NCBI GenBank assembly: GCA_002696275.1 | Contig: NZRO01000025.1 | Span: forward strand, 108,670 to 172,669 | Origin: Flavobacteriales bacterium | Lineage (GTDB): Bacteria; Bacteroidota; Bacteroidia; Flavobacteriales; BACL11 | DNA: 64,000 nucleotides | Direction of reading: 5' to 3' | Translations under genes and position numbers: made by a program | In this document: positions 56,090 to 64,000 of the stretch, in pieces | How positions within the stretch are numbered: position 1 is the first letter of the stretch | Layout of the letters: each line of letters opens with the position of its first letter | The notes under the pieces: generated by a model | The model's database searches: none | Told to the model about the DNA's origin: nothing | What the model saw: only the letters and a program-made list of their open reading frames with translations

Positions 56090-57583
56090 ATGAGTATTAA
56101 GTCATTTTTAAGTCTTCCGTTTGCTAATTACATTGTTTTTAAAAACAAAAAATGGAAACACAACGCGATAAGGTATCAGTCTAAGGTGTTTAATGATTTA
56201 ATCTGTCGTGGAAAAAACACGGTTTTTGGAAAAGAACATGATTTTTCTTCGATTAAAACTTATTCTGACTTTAAGAAAAGAGTGCCGGTTAGAGGGTACG
56301 AAGAGCTATCTAAATATATTAAGAGGGTAATAGACGGAGAAAAAAATGTGTTGTGGCCCAAAAAACCAATATATTTTTGTAAAACCTCTGGAACTACTTC
56401 TGGCACAAAGTACATTCCTATTAGCAAAGAAAGTATGCCAAACCACATAACCGCTGCTAGGGACGCTATTCTATCTTATATTTCAGAAACAAGAAACACC
56501 TCGATTGTAAAAGGCAAAATGATATTTTTACAAGGTAGTCCTGTTTTAGAGAAAACCGGGGGTATTTTAACTGGAAGGCTATCAGGAATTGTAGCTCATC
56601 ACGTGCCTTCTTACTTAATAAAAAATAGACTCCCTTCTTTTGAAACTAACTGTATTGAAGACTGGGAATTAAAGGTAGAGGAAATTGTGAATGAGACTGT
56701 TGATGAAAGAATGAGTTTAATATCTGGTATCCCCCCTTGGGTACAAATGTACTTTGAAAAACTTAAAAAGAAATCCGGAAAAAACATCAAAGATATTTTT
56801 CCTCATTTTGAGTTGTTTATATATGGGGGTGTAAGTTTTGATCCTTATAAGAGAGTTTTTGAGAATTTGATTGGGAAAAAGGTTGACGGAGTGGAGTTAT
56901 ACCCCGCTTCTGAGGGTTTTATTGCGTATCAAGACTCTCAAAAAGAGCCTGGTATGTTGTTGTGTGTAAATCACGGAATATTTTATGAGTTTATAACTTC
57001 TGATGAGTTTTTTAACAAAAACCCTAATAGAATTTCTTTAAGCGAGGTTGAGGTGGGGGTGAATTATGTTATAATCCTAAATACAAACGCTGGTTTGTGG
57101 GGATATAATATTGGAGACACAATAAAGTTTGTAAGTGTTGATCCTTATAGGGTTATTGTTACAGGAAGAATTAAGCATTTTACCTCCGCGTTTGGTGAGC
57201 ATGTTATTGCAGAAGAGGTGGAAAAAAGTTTAAAAATCACTCTAGAAAGTTTCCCGCTTAGAATAAATGAACTACATTTAGCTCCTCAGGTTAACCCTGT
57301 CAATGGTTTGCCTTATCATGAGTGGTTTATTGAGTTTGAGGGCGATGTAGGCGATTTAGACCTGTTCTCTAATGAACTAGACAGAAATTTACAAAAGTTA
57401 AACACATATTACAAAGATTTAATAAAAGGAGGGGTGTTACAACCATTAAAAATTACTGTTCTAAAAAAGAATTCTTTCAGGTCCTATATGAGGTCTATTG
57501 GTAAATTGGGGGGTCAAAACAAGGTTCCAAGACTTGCAAACGACAGAAAAATTGCAGATGAACTATCAAAATATATATTATAA
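56090..57583 (+). CDS. GH3 (auxin-responsive promoter) family adenylating enzyme homologue
   Basis: About 497 aa starting at MSIKSFLSLPFANY. It has the GH3/ANL-type motifs CKTSGTTSGTKYIP, YPASEG and GLWGYNIGD. The start is 1 nt after the upstream stop. Confidence 0.8.
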   Translation: MSIKSFLSLPFANYIVFKNKKWKHNAIRYQSKVFNDLICRGKNTVFGKEHDFSSIKTYSDFKKRVPVRGYEELSKYIKRVIDGEKNVLWPKKPIYFCKTSGTTSGTKYIPISKESMPNHITAARDAILSYISETRNTSIVKGKMIFLQGSPVLEKTGGILTGRLSGIVAHHVPSYLIKNRLPSFETNCIEDWELKVEEIVNETVDERMSLISGIPPWVQMYFEKLKKKSGKNIKDIFPHFELFIYGGVSFDPYKRVFENLIGKKVDGVELYPASEGFIAYQDSQKEPGMLLCVNHGIFYEFITSDEFFNKNPNRISLSEVEVGVNYVIILNTNAGLWGYNIGDTIKFVSVDPYRVIVTGRIKHFTSAFGEHVIAEEVEKSLKITLESFPLRINELHLAPQVNPVNGLPYHEWFIEFEGDVGDLDLFSNELDRNLQKLNTYYKDLIKGGVLQPLKITVLKKNSFRSYMRSIGKLGGQNKVPRLANDRKIADELSKYIL

Positions 57584-58740
57584 TGGAGATTAAGAAAAAA
57601 CACATTGCTATTTTGGGTTCTACGGGTTCAATAGGGACACAAGCGCTTGAAGTAATTGACGAGCACCCGGAAAGGTTTGTTGTTGAGGTTTTAACCGCAA
57701 ACAATAATTCAAGTTTGTTAATTGCTCAATCAATAAAGTACAGACCTAGCGTCGTTGTTATAACAAATGGAGAGAGGTACCATGAGGTAAATGATGTTTT
57801 ATCTGATTTAGGAATAAAGGTTTTCTCTGGGGAACAGTCATTAGAACAGGTGGTGGAAAATGATAATATCGACATTGTTCTTACCGCATTGGTTGGATAT
57901 TCTGGCTTAAAACCAACTCTTAGGGCTATAAAGTCCGGAAAAAATATTGCTTTAGCAAATAAAGAAACATTGGTGGTAGCTGGAGATTTAATCACTCGTT
58001 TGTGTCATCAACATGGAGCTCGTATTTTTCCTGTAGACTCTGAACACTCTGCAATATTTCAATGTCTCGTTGGAGAAGATTACAATCCTGTTGAAAAAAT
58101 TTATTTAACCGCCTCTGGGGGGCCTTTTAGGGGGAAAAAAAGAGAAGACCTTTTAAGGGTCACAAAAAAAGAGGCCCTAGACCACCCAAATTGGGTCATG
58201 GGCGCGAAAATTACAATTGATTCTGCTTCTTTGATGAACAAGGGTTTAGAGGTAATTGAAGCGAAGTGGCTATTTGATTTACAGCCCGATCAAATTGAAG
58301 TGGTAGTACATCGCCAGTCTATTATTCATTCTGCTGTACAATTTACAGATGGATCAATAATTGCTCAATTGGGCCTGCCCGACATGAAGCTGCCTATACA
58401 ATACGCTCTGACTTTTCCAGAAAGGGTGAAAAATAACTTTAAACGATTTAGTTTTTTTGACTACCCAACTCTTACATTTGAAAAGGCTGACACAAAAACT
58501 TTTAGAAATCTGAATTTGGCTTATCGTTCTTTAGAAAAGGGGGGGAATATGCCTTGTGTATTAAACGCGGCTAATGAAGTTGTGGTGGAGGCTTTTTTAA
58601 ACGATAAAATAGGGTTTTTATCTATGTCAGATGTTATTGAAAATTGTATGGAAAAGATTACTTTTGTAAAAAATCCTTCGTTGGAGGATTATATAAAAAC
58701 CGATATTGAAACAAGAATTTTAGCTAGGGAATTATTATAA
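57583..58740 (+). CDS. dxr: 1-deoxy-D-xylulose-5-phosphate reductoisomerase
   Basis: 385 aa with NADPH motif ILGSTGSIGTQAL, LANKE, and DSEHSAIFQC...LTASGGPF...HPNW.MG.KITIDSA. Confidence 0.95.
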   Translation: MEIKKKHIAILGSTGSIGTQALEVIDEHPERFVVEVLTANNNSSLLIAQSIKYRPSVVVITNGERYHEVNDVLSDLGIKVFSGEQSLEQVVENDNIDIVLTALVGYSGLKPTLRAIKSGKNIALANKETLVVAGDLITRLCHQHGARIFPVDSEHSAIFQCLVGEDYNPVEKIYLTASGGPFRGKKREDLLRVTKKEALDHPNWVMGAKITIDSASLMNKGLEVIEAKWLFDLQPDQIEVVVHRQSIIHSAVQFTDGSIIAQLGLPDMKLPIQYALTFPERVKNNFKRFSFFDYPTLTFEKADTKTFRNLNLAYRSLEKGGNMPCVLNAANEVVVEAFLNDKIGFLSMSDVIENCMEKITFVKNPSLEDYIKTDIETRILARELL

Positions 58741-60054
58741 ATGGAAATACTTTCAAAAACACTTCAACTTATTTTTAGTCTATCAATTTTAGTTGTTCTA
58801 CATGAGTTAGGGCATTTTATACCGGCTCGGATTTTTAAGACTCGAGTAGAAAAATTTTATTTGTTTTTTGACCCGTGGTTTTCTTTAGTAAAGAAAAAGG
58901 TTGGAAACACAGAATATGGTATTGGATGGCTTCCTTTGGGTGGTTATGTCAAAATTTCTGGAATGATTGACGAAAGCATGGATAAGGATCAGATGAAAAA
59001 AGATCCCGAGCCGTGGGAGTTTAGAGCTAAGCCCGCTTGGCAACGATTGATTATAATGTTGGGGGGGGTTACTGTTAATCTGTTGTTAGGTATTTTTATT
59101 TATTCAATGATACTGTTTGTTTGGAATGACACATATCTTAAAAATGAAGATGTGGTAAATGGTGTAATTTGTAGTGACTTTGCCAAAGAAATTGGTTTTG
59201 AAAACGGAGACAAGATAATTGCTATTGACGGGTTGGGTATTGATCGTTTTTCTGACATCAACAAAGACATGGTTTTGCGAGACAAATCTTTTGTCGTTGA
59301 TGTTGTAAGAAACGAGTCTCTTGAAAGGGTGGAGATCGGAAATAATTTTATTAAACACTGGAAAAACAGTGGAAAGGAAAAATTATTTGTTCCAAGATCT
59401 GTTGTTAAGGTTGCTGAAGTAAGTGAAAATTCATTTTCGGAAAAAGCTGGAATAATATCTGGAGACATTATAGTGTCTGTTAATGGGATTCCAACCAAAT
59501 ATTTTGATGAGTTTAAAAGAGAGCTGTTGGAAAACAAATCTAAAATCGTGTCCGTTGGTTTAGATCGGGGGGGGGATTATAGTTTGACGCAAGTTGAGGT
59601 TTCAGAAGATGGAAAAATTGGATTCTCTTTAGACAATAATTTCAATTTGTCCGTTGAAGAATTTAGTTTTCTAGAGTCTTTTCCTGCTGGATACAGATTA
59701 GCTATGACAAGACTAGGCGAGTATATTAGTCAGTTTGCTTTGATTTTTAACGCTGATAATGACCTAGCAAGTGAAATGGGTGGGTTTGGAGCTATTGGAA
59801 GCATGTTCCCCTCATCTTGGGATTGGTACACTTTTTGGGAACTTACAGCGTTTCTGTCATTGATGTTGGCTTTTATGAACTTGTTGCCTATACCCGCTTT
59901 AGACGGAGGCCATGTTATGTTTTTATTATATGAAATCGTAATGAGAAAGCCCGCTCCAGAAAAGGTTATAGAATACGCTCAGATTGGGGGCATGATTATC
60001 TTATTTTCTTTATTAATTTTTGCAAATGGAAACGATATAATGAGGCTTTTTTGA
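58741..60054 (+). CDS. rseP: RIP (site-2) metalloprotease RseP
   Basis: 437 aa with HELGHF in TM1, PDZ domains and an NLLPIPALDGGH motif. It sits immediately after dxr with a 0-nt gap. Confidence 0.9.
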   Translation: MEILSKTLQLIFSLSILVVLHELGHFIPARIFKTRVEKFYLFFDPWFSLVKKKVGNTEYGIGWLPLGGYVKISGMIDESMDKDQMKKDPEPWEFRAKPAWQRLIIMLGGVTVNLLLGIFIYSMILFVWNDTYLKNEDVVNGVICSDFAKEIGFENGDKIIAIDGLGIDRFSDINKDMVLRDKSFVVDVVRNESLERVEIGNNFIKHWKNSGKEKLFVPRSVVKVAEVSENSFSEKAGIISGDIIVSVNGIPTKYFDEFKRELLENKSKIVSVGLDRGGDYSLTQVEVSEDGKIGFSLDNNFNLSVEEFSFLESFPAGYRLAMTRLGEYISQFALIFNADNDLASEMGGFGAIGSMFPSSWDWYTFWELTAFLSLMLAFMNLLPIPALDGGHVMFLLYEIVMRKPAPEKVIEYAQIGGMIILFSLLIFANGNDIMRLF

Positions 60055-61334
60055 TGTTGGACGTGTTATCAACATATCATTATATTATAATTTTTGCCTC
60101 CATAATTATTATTTCCTATTTTTTTAACTCCTTTTCAAAGAGTTCTGGAATTCCATCGGTATTAATGCTTATTGCTTTAGGAATGATTATTGGGATTTAT
60201 GTCCCTTGGCAAAACAAGTTTTCGTTTATTTTAGAGGTGTTGGGAACAGTTGGGTTAATTTTAATAGTTTTAGACGGGGCTCTCGGGTTAAAACTCTTAA
60301 AGAATAAAGTTTTTATTATATTTAAATCTTTTTTGGTCAGCATTGTTACTTTGGGGGGGACCTCTTATTTAGCGGCGTTATTTTTAAATCATTTTTTTAA
60401 AATAGACCTATATGTTTCTTTGCTTTTAACGGTCCCTCTGTCAATTTTAAGCTCAGCAATTTTATTGCCCTCTATAAGCTCTGTTGAAGAAAATAAAAGA
60501 GAGTTTTTAATTTATGAGAGTACGTTTTCTGATATTGTTGGAATTATAGTTTTTTATACTGTCTTAGGGTTCTTAAACCCGGTGAGCGAAAAAGCGGGGG
60601 CTTATGGTTTTATTATTGGGGATTTGATTGGAACAACCGCTTTTTCAATAGTAATTTCTTATTTTCTAATTTATGTTTTTCAAAAGTTAAAGGGTCAAGC
60701 AAAGCTGTTTTTATTAATTTCTGTCTTAATGATACTTTATGCTTTTGGAGAGATGTTAAACCTATCATCTCTAATAATTATATTAATGTTTGGGCTTATC
60801 TTAAATAATTATAAATTGTTTTTTAGAGGAGCTTTGTATAATTTAATTGATGATGAAGAAAAAACTCTGGGTATTATTGAAGACTTTAAAACGGTAACAT
60901 TGGAGTCTGCGTTTGTCATCAGAACCTTCTTCTTTATACTGTTTGGTTGGTCTATAAAGATGGATGACCTGTTTAATCTAAATTCGTTTTTGATTGGGGC
61001 CTCAATTGTTTTTATAATCTTTTTTGTGAGGTCTATAACACTGTTTTTGTTTTCAAGAACGATTAAAATTAAAGAGATTACACCCGAGTTGTTTTTGGCT
61101 CCTAGGGGATTGCTTACTATTTTGTTGTTTTATGCAATCCCTAAAGATTTGTTAGGGTCTGAGATCAATTTTGAGGGAGTGTTTTTATATGTTATAATAA
61201 TTTGCAGCTTAATTATGGCTTGGACATTGGTTAAAGAGAAAAAAAAGTTGGAGGTTCAAGAACAGGAGGATTTTGAACATTTAGATTCAGAAGATGAAGC
61301 GTGTAACAATAACCCAAAAAGTCAAGAACAATGA
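60054..61334 (+). CDS. cation:proton antiporter family membrane protein
   Basis: About 426 aa with 11-12 TM helices in a Na+/H+-exchanger-like pattern and an acidic cytoplasmic tail. Its ATG overlaps the rseP TGA (TGATG). Confidence 0.55.
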   Translation: MLDVLSTYHYIIIFASIIIISYFFNSFSKSSGIPSVLMLIALGMIIGIYVPWQNKFSFILEVLGTVGLILIVLDGALGLKLLKNKVFIIFKSFLVSIVTLGGTSYLAALFLNHFFKIDLYVSLLLTVPLSILSSAILLPSISSVEENKREFLIYESTFSDIVGIIVFYTVLGFLNPVSEKAGAYGFIIGDLIGTTAFSIVISYFLIYVFQKLKGQAKLFLLISVLMILYAFGEMLNLSSLIIILMFGLILNNYKLFFRGALYNLIDDEEKTLGIIEDFKTVTLESAFVIRTFFFILFGWSIKMDDLFNLNSFLIGASIVFIIFFVRSITLFLFSRTIKIKEITPELFLAPRGLLTILLFYAIPKDLLGSEINFEGVFLYVIIICSLIMAWTLVKEKKKLEVQEQEDFEHLDSEDEACNNNPKSQEQ

Positions 61335-62080
61335 GGGTTGCTTTAATCACGGGGGCTAGTTCAGGTATTGGCCTTGCTACCGCAAAGAAACTTTCCAATT
61401 TAGGTTTTAATTTAATTTTATGTGGAAGAAATGAAAAAATTCTGATTGATTTAAAAAACTCACTTTCTAAAATTACAGATGTAGTTTGTTTAGTTTTTGA
61501 CGTAAGAAACAAAAATGATGTCTTTAAAAAAATTGGTTCTTTAGATAAAAAGTGGAGAGATATTGATGTTTTGATTAACAATGCTGGCAACGCGCACGGA
61601 AAAGATCCGCTTGTTGATGATGATGTTGAAAATTGGGAGGTAATGATTGATGGAAATGTAAAAGGGTTACTATATGTGTCTAAAGCGGTAATTCCAAGGA
61701 TGGTTGAAAGAAAGGGTGGCCATATAATAAACATTAGTTCTATTGCTGGTAAAGAGACTTATGAGGGGGGGGTGGTGTATTGCGCTTCTAAAAAATCTGT
61801 AGAATCTATTAGTGAAGGAATGAGAATAGAGTTAACAAAACACAACATAAAGGTTAGTAACATAGCTCCTGGCGCGGTTGAAACAAATTTTTCAAAAACT
61901 AGGTTTAAAGGAGATATTAAAAAATATTCCGATGTATACCTTGGCTATGAGGCTCTTGTCGCGGATGATATTGCTGATCTTATCTCTTATATTATAAATT
62001 GTCCTGATAGGGTAAACATTGCAGATGTAACTATTTTTCCAAAAGCTCAATCTTCGGCTACGGTTATTCATAAAAGCTAA
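61331..62080 (+). CDS. SDR family NAD(P)-dependent oxidoreductase
   Basis: 249 aa with TGASSGIG, NNAG and the catalytic YCASK. There is a 4-nt ATGA overlap with the upstream gene. Confidence 0.88.
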   Translation: MRVALITGASSGIGLATAKKLSNLGFNLILCGRNEKILIDLKNSLSKITDVVCLVFDVRNKNDVFKKIGSLDKKWRDIDVLINNAGNAHGKDPLVDDDVENWEVMIDGNVKGLLYVSKAVIPRMVERKGGHIINISSIAGKETYEGGVVYCASKKSVESISEGMRIELTKHNIKVSNIAPGAVETNFSKTRFKGDIKKYSDVYLGYEALVADDIADLISYIINCPDRVNIADVTIFPKAQSSATVIHKS

Positions 62081-62098
62081 TTCGCTTTAGTTTTTTTT

Positions 62099-62106
62099 TA
62101 TTTTTG
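62099..62106 (+). promoter_or_regulatory. -7 box TATTTTTG for the aldehyde dehydrogenase gene
   Basis: Perfect TAnnTTTG match 24 nt upstream of the ATG at 62131. Confidence 0.55.
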
Positions 62107-62130
62107 TAACTTAATTCTAACAAAAAACAA

Positions 62131-63663
62131 ATGATCGATATTAAAAACTCTTTAGATATTTTAGGTATTAAAGAAACAAATCACGGAACTTCAACCGGAC
62201 AACAGTCTTTTGGGGGGGGGAAAGAAATTTCTTCATATTCTCCTGTAGACGGACGTTTAATTGGAAAGGTGACCACAACTACACAGGAAGAATACGAAAA
62301 AGTAATTCAATCTGCGACGACAGCGTTTAAAGAGTGGAGGCTAAGGCCGGCTCCTCAAAGGGGTGAAATTGTACGACAGTATGGTGAAAAACTAAGAGAG
62401 TATAAACAAGCGTTGGGAGAATTGGTTTCTTATGAAATGGGAAAGTCCTTACAAGAAGGGCTAGGTGAGGTTCAAGAGATGATTGATATCTGTGACTTTG
62501 CTGTTGGGTTATCTCGTCAGCTTTATGGATTAAGCATGCATTCTGAACGGCCCGGCCATAGAATGTATGAACAATATCACCCACTTGGCGTGGTTGGAAT
62601 AATTTCCGCTTTTAATTTCCCAGTTGCTGTTTGGAATTGGAACACAGCTTTAGCCTGGATTTGTGGAGACACCTGTGTTTGGAAAGCTTCTGAAAAAACC
62701 CCTCTTTGTGCGGTTGCTTGTCAAAACATCTGGAATGAAGTTGCAAAAGAGAATAGTTTACCAGATGGAATCTCTTGTATTATAACAGGTGATTATGTAG
62801 TTGGGGAGATGATGACTTCTGATGATAGACTGCCATTAATATCTGCAACGGGTTCCACAAAGATGGGTAGAACCGTGGGGTCTAAAGTTGCTGAAAGGTT
62901 TGGGAAAACATTATTAGAGCTTGGGGGAAACAACGCAATAATAATTACCCCAGAAGCTGACCTAGACGTTACTGTTGTTGGAGCGTTGTTTGGCGCTGTT
63001 GGCACATGTGGGCAAAGATGCACCTCTACTAGAAGATTAATAATACATGATTCTGTTTATGATGAGGTAAAAAATAAACTTGCCGCCGCTTACAAACAAC
63101 TAAACATAGGAAGCCCTTTAGACGAAAGAAACCATGTTGGTCCTTTAATTGATAAAGACGCGGTAAACATGTATTTAAGCGCTATTAAAAAAGCAAAAGA
63201 TGAGGGGGGGAGCATTTTAGTTGACGGTGGGGTGTTAGATGGAGAGGGGTTTGAGAGTGGCTGTTATGTAAACCCTGTTATTATTGAGGCGGAAAATCAT
63301 TTTGAAATTGTACAAGACGAAACTTTCGCTCCTATTTTATATATTATGAAGTATTCTAAACTTGAGGAAGCTATTGAAATGCAAAATGGTGTAAAACAGG
63401 GATTGTCCTCGTCAATAATGACCACTAATTTACGTGAAGCCGAAAAATTCCTTTCTGCTGCTGGAAGTGACTGTGGAATTGCTAATGTAAATATTGGCAC
63501 AAGCGGAGCTGAAATAGGTGGTGCTTTTGGTGGGGAAAAGGAAACTGGCGGGGGAAGAGAAAGCGGGTCTGACGCTTGGAAAATTTACATGAGAAGACAA
63601 ACTAACACTATAAACTATACTAAAGAACTGCCCTTAGCTCAGGGAATAAAATTTGATTTTTAG
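62131..63663 (+). CDS. aldehyde dehydrogenase, ALDH7 / piperideine-6-carboxylate (alpha-aminoadipic semialdehyde) dehydrogenase type
   Basis: 510 aa with ELGGNNA (an ALDH7-type Glu motif), the catalytic Cys region GTCGQRCT and EETFAPIL-like QDETFAPIL. The size equals that of the flavobacterial P6C dehydrogenase I recall. Confidence 0.8.
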   Translation: MIDIKNSLDILGIKETNHGTSTGQQSFGGGKEISSYSPVDGRLIGKVTTTTQEEYEKVIQSATTAFKEWRLRPAPQRGEIVRQYGEKLREYKQALGELVSYEMGKSLQEGLGEVQEMIDICDFAVGLSRQLYGLSMHSERPGHRMYEQYHPLGVVGIISAFNFPVAVWNWNTALAWICGDTCVWKASEKTPLCAVACQNIWNEVAKENSLPDGISCIITGDYVVGEMMTSDDRLPLISATGSTKMGRTVGSKVAERFGKTLLELGGNNAIIITPEADLDVTVVGALFGAVGTCGQRCTSTRRLIIHDSVYDEVKNKLAAAYKQLNIGSPLDERNHVGPLIDKDAVNMYLSAIKKAKDEGGSILVDGGVLDGEGFESGCYVNPVIIEAENHFEIVQDETFAPILYIMKYSKLEEAIEMQNGVKQGLSSSIMTTNLREAEKFLSAAGSDCGIANVNIGTSGAEIGGAFGGEKETGGGRESGSDAWKIYMRRQTNTINYTKELPLAQGIKFDF

Positions 63664-63731
63664 TTGTTGTTACCTTTTGAGATTTGTAGTTTTTTGTGAA
63701 AAGTTTATACTCTTTAGGTTCTAATCTATTT

Positions 63732-64000
63732 TTATTCTGATTTATCAACTACAATTCTTTCTTCTCTATTGACAATTTCCCAGGCGGTCAAAAATATAAG
63801 TTTTGTTATTTTCTGAATTTTGTCAAAATTTATTTTTTCTATTGTGTCTGTAGGTTTATGATAATCCTCGTGTATTCCATTAAAATAAAATATAACCGGA
63901 ATATTATTTTTTGCAAAATTGTAATGGTCTGAACGATAATAATACCTGTTTGGGTCGTTTTCCGAATTAAAAGTGTAGTCTAATTCAAGTTTAGTGTGTT
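63732..64000 (-). CDS. M28 family peptidase, C-terminal fragment (start lies outside the window)
   Basis: This is not in the supplied track. My own minus-strand translation is ...YYYRSDHYNFAKNNIPVIFYFNGIHEDYHKPTDTIEKINFDKIQKITKLIFLTAWEIVNREERIVVDKSE*, with the stop at 63732-63734. RSDHxxF and HxDYHxPxDT are C-terminal M28 aminopeptidase signatures. Confidence 0.7.
   Translation of the reverse strand, partial: HTKLELDYTFNSENDPNRYYYRSDHYNFAKNNIPVIFYFNGIHEDYHKPTDTIEKINFDKIQKITKLIFLTAWEIVNREERIVVDKSE

Overview
The window is a very compact, visibly AT-rich chromosomal segment. Its gene content and promoter grammar fit a Bacteroidota, class Flavobacteriia, genome. The supporting signs are SprE/PorW-like and PorZ-like T9SS components, the DUF4271, DUF4175, DUF4292 and DUF4837 type families, TAnnTTTG -7 promoter boxes, an atpBEFHAG operon without beta/epsilon, and PNP...GVY C-terminal sorting domains. 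I support 61 CDS (two truncated by the window edges), one tRNA-Arg(UCG), one canonical intrinsic terminator, one strong intercistronic stem-loop and 16 promoter -7 boxes. I saw no rRNA, CRISPR array, transposase, integrase or phage genes.

About 90% of the window is housekeeping: recJ, rsmI, tdk, alr, rnpA/yidD, glyQS, gltX, folB, ybeY, mnmG, recO, gatA, tatA, dut, the atp operon, dxr and rseP. The only clearly accessory stretch is about 22.9-28.4 kb, next to the tRNA. It holds four Sec-signal proteins and two small orphan genes. Three of the four share a ~36-aa C-terminal tail that looks like a collapsed T9SS sorting domain, and the fourth is an EEP-family nuclease. This is my best candidate for something undescribed, but it is a modest one.

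Other points worth a second look:
- -7 boxes only 4-7 nt from start codons, which implies leaderless mRNAs.
- Convergent genes that overlap or abut.
- A 15-bp stem-loop after atpE.
- A bactofilin/AtpZ chain in front of the atp operon.
- A methyltransferase coupled to mnmG.
- G7-G9 homopolymers inside essential genes at the right end of the window.

All product calls come from motif and family recognition by eye. No database search was run.
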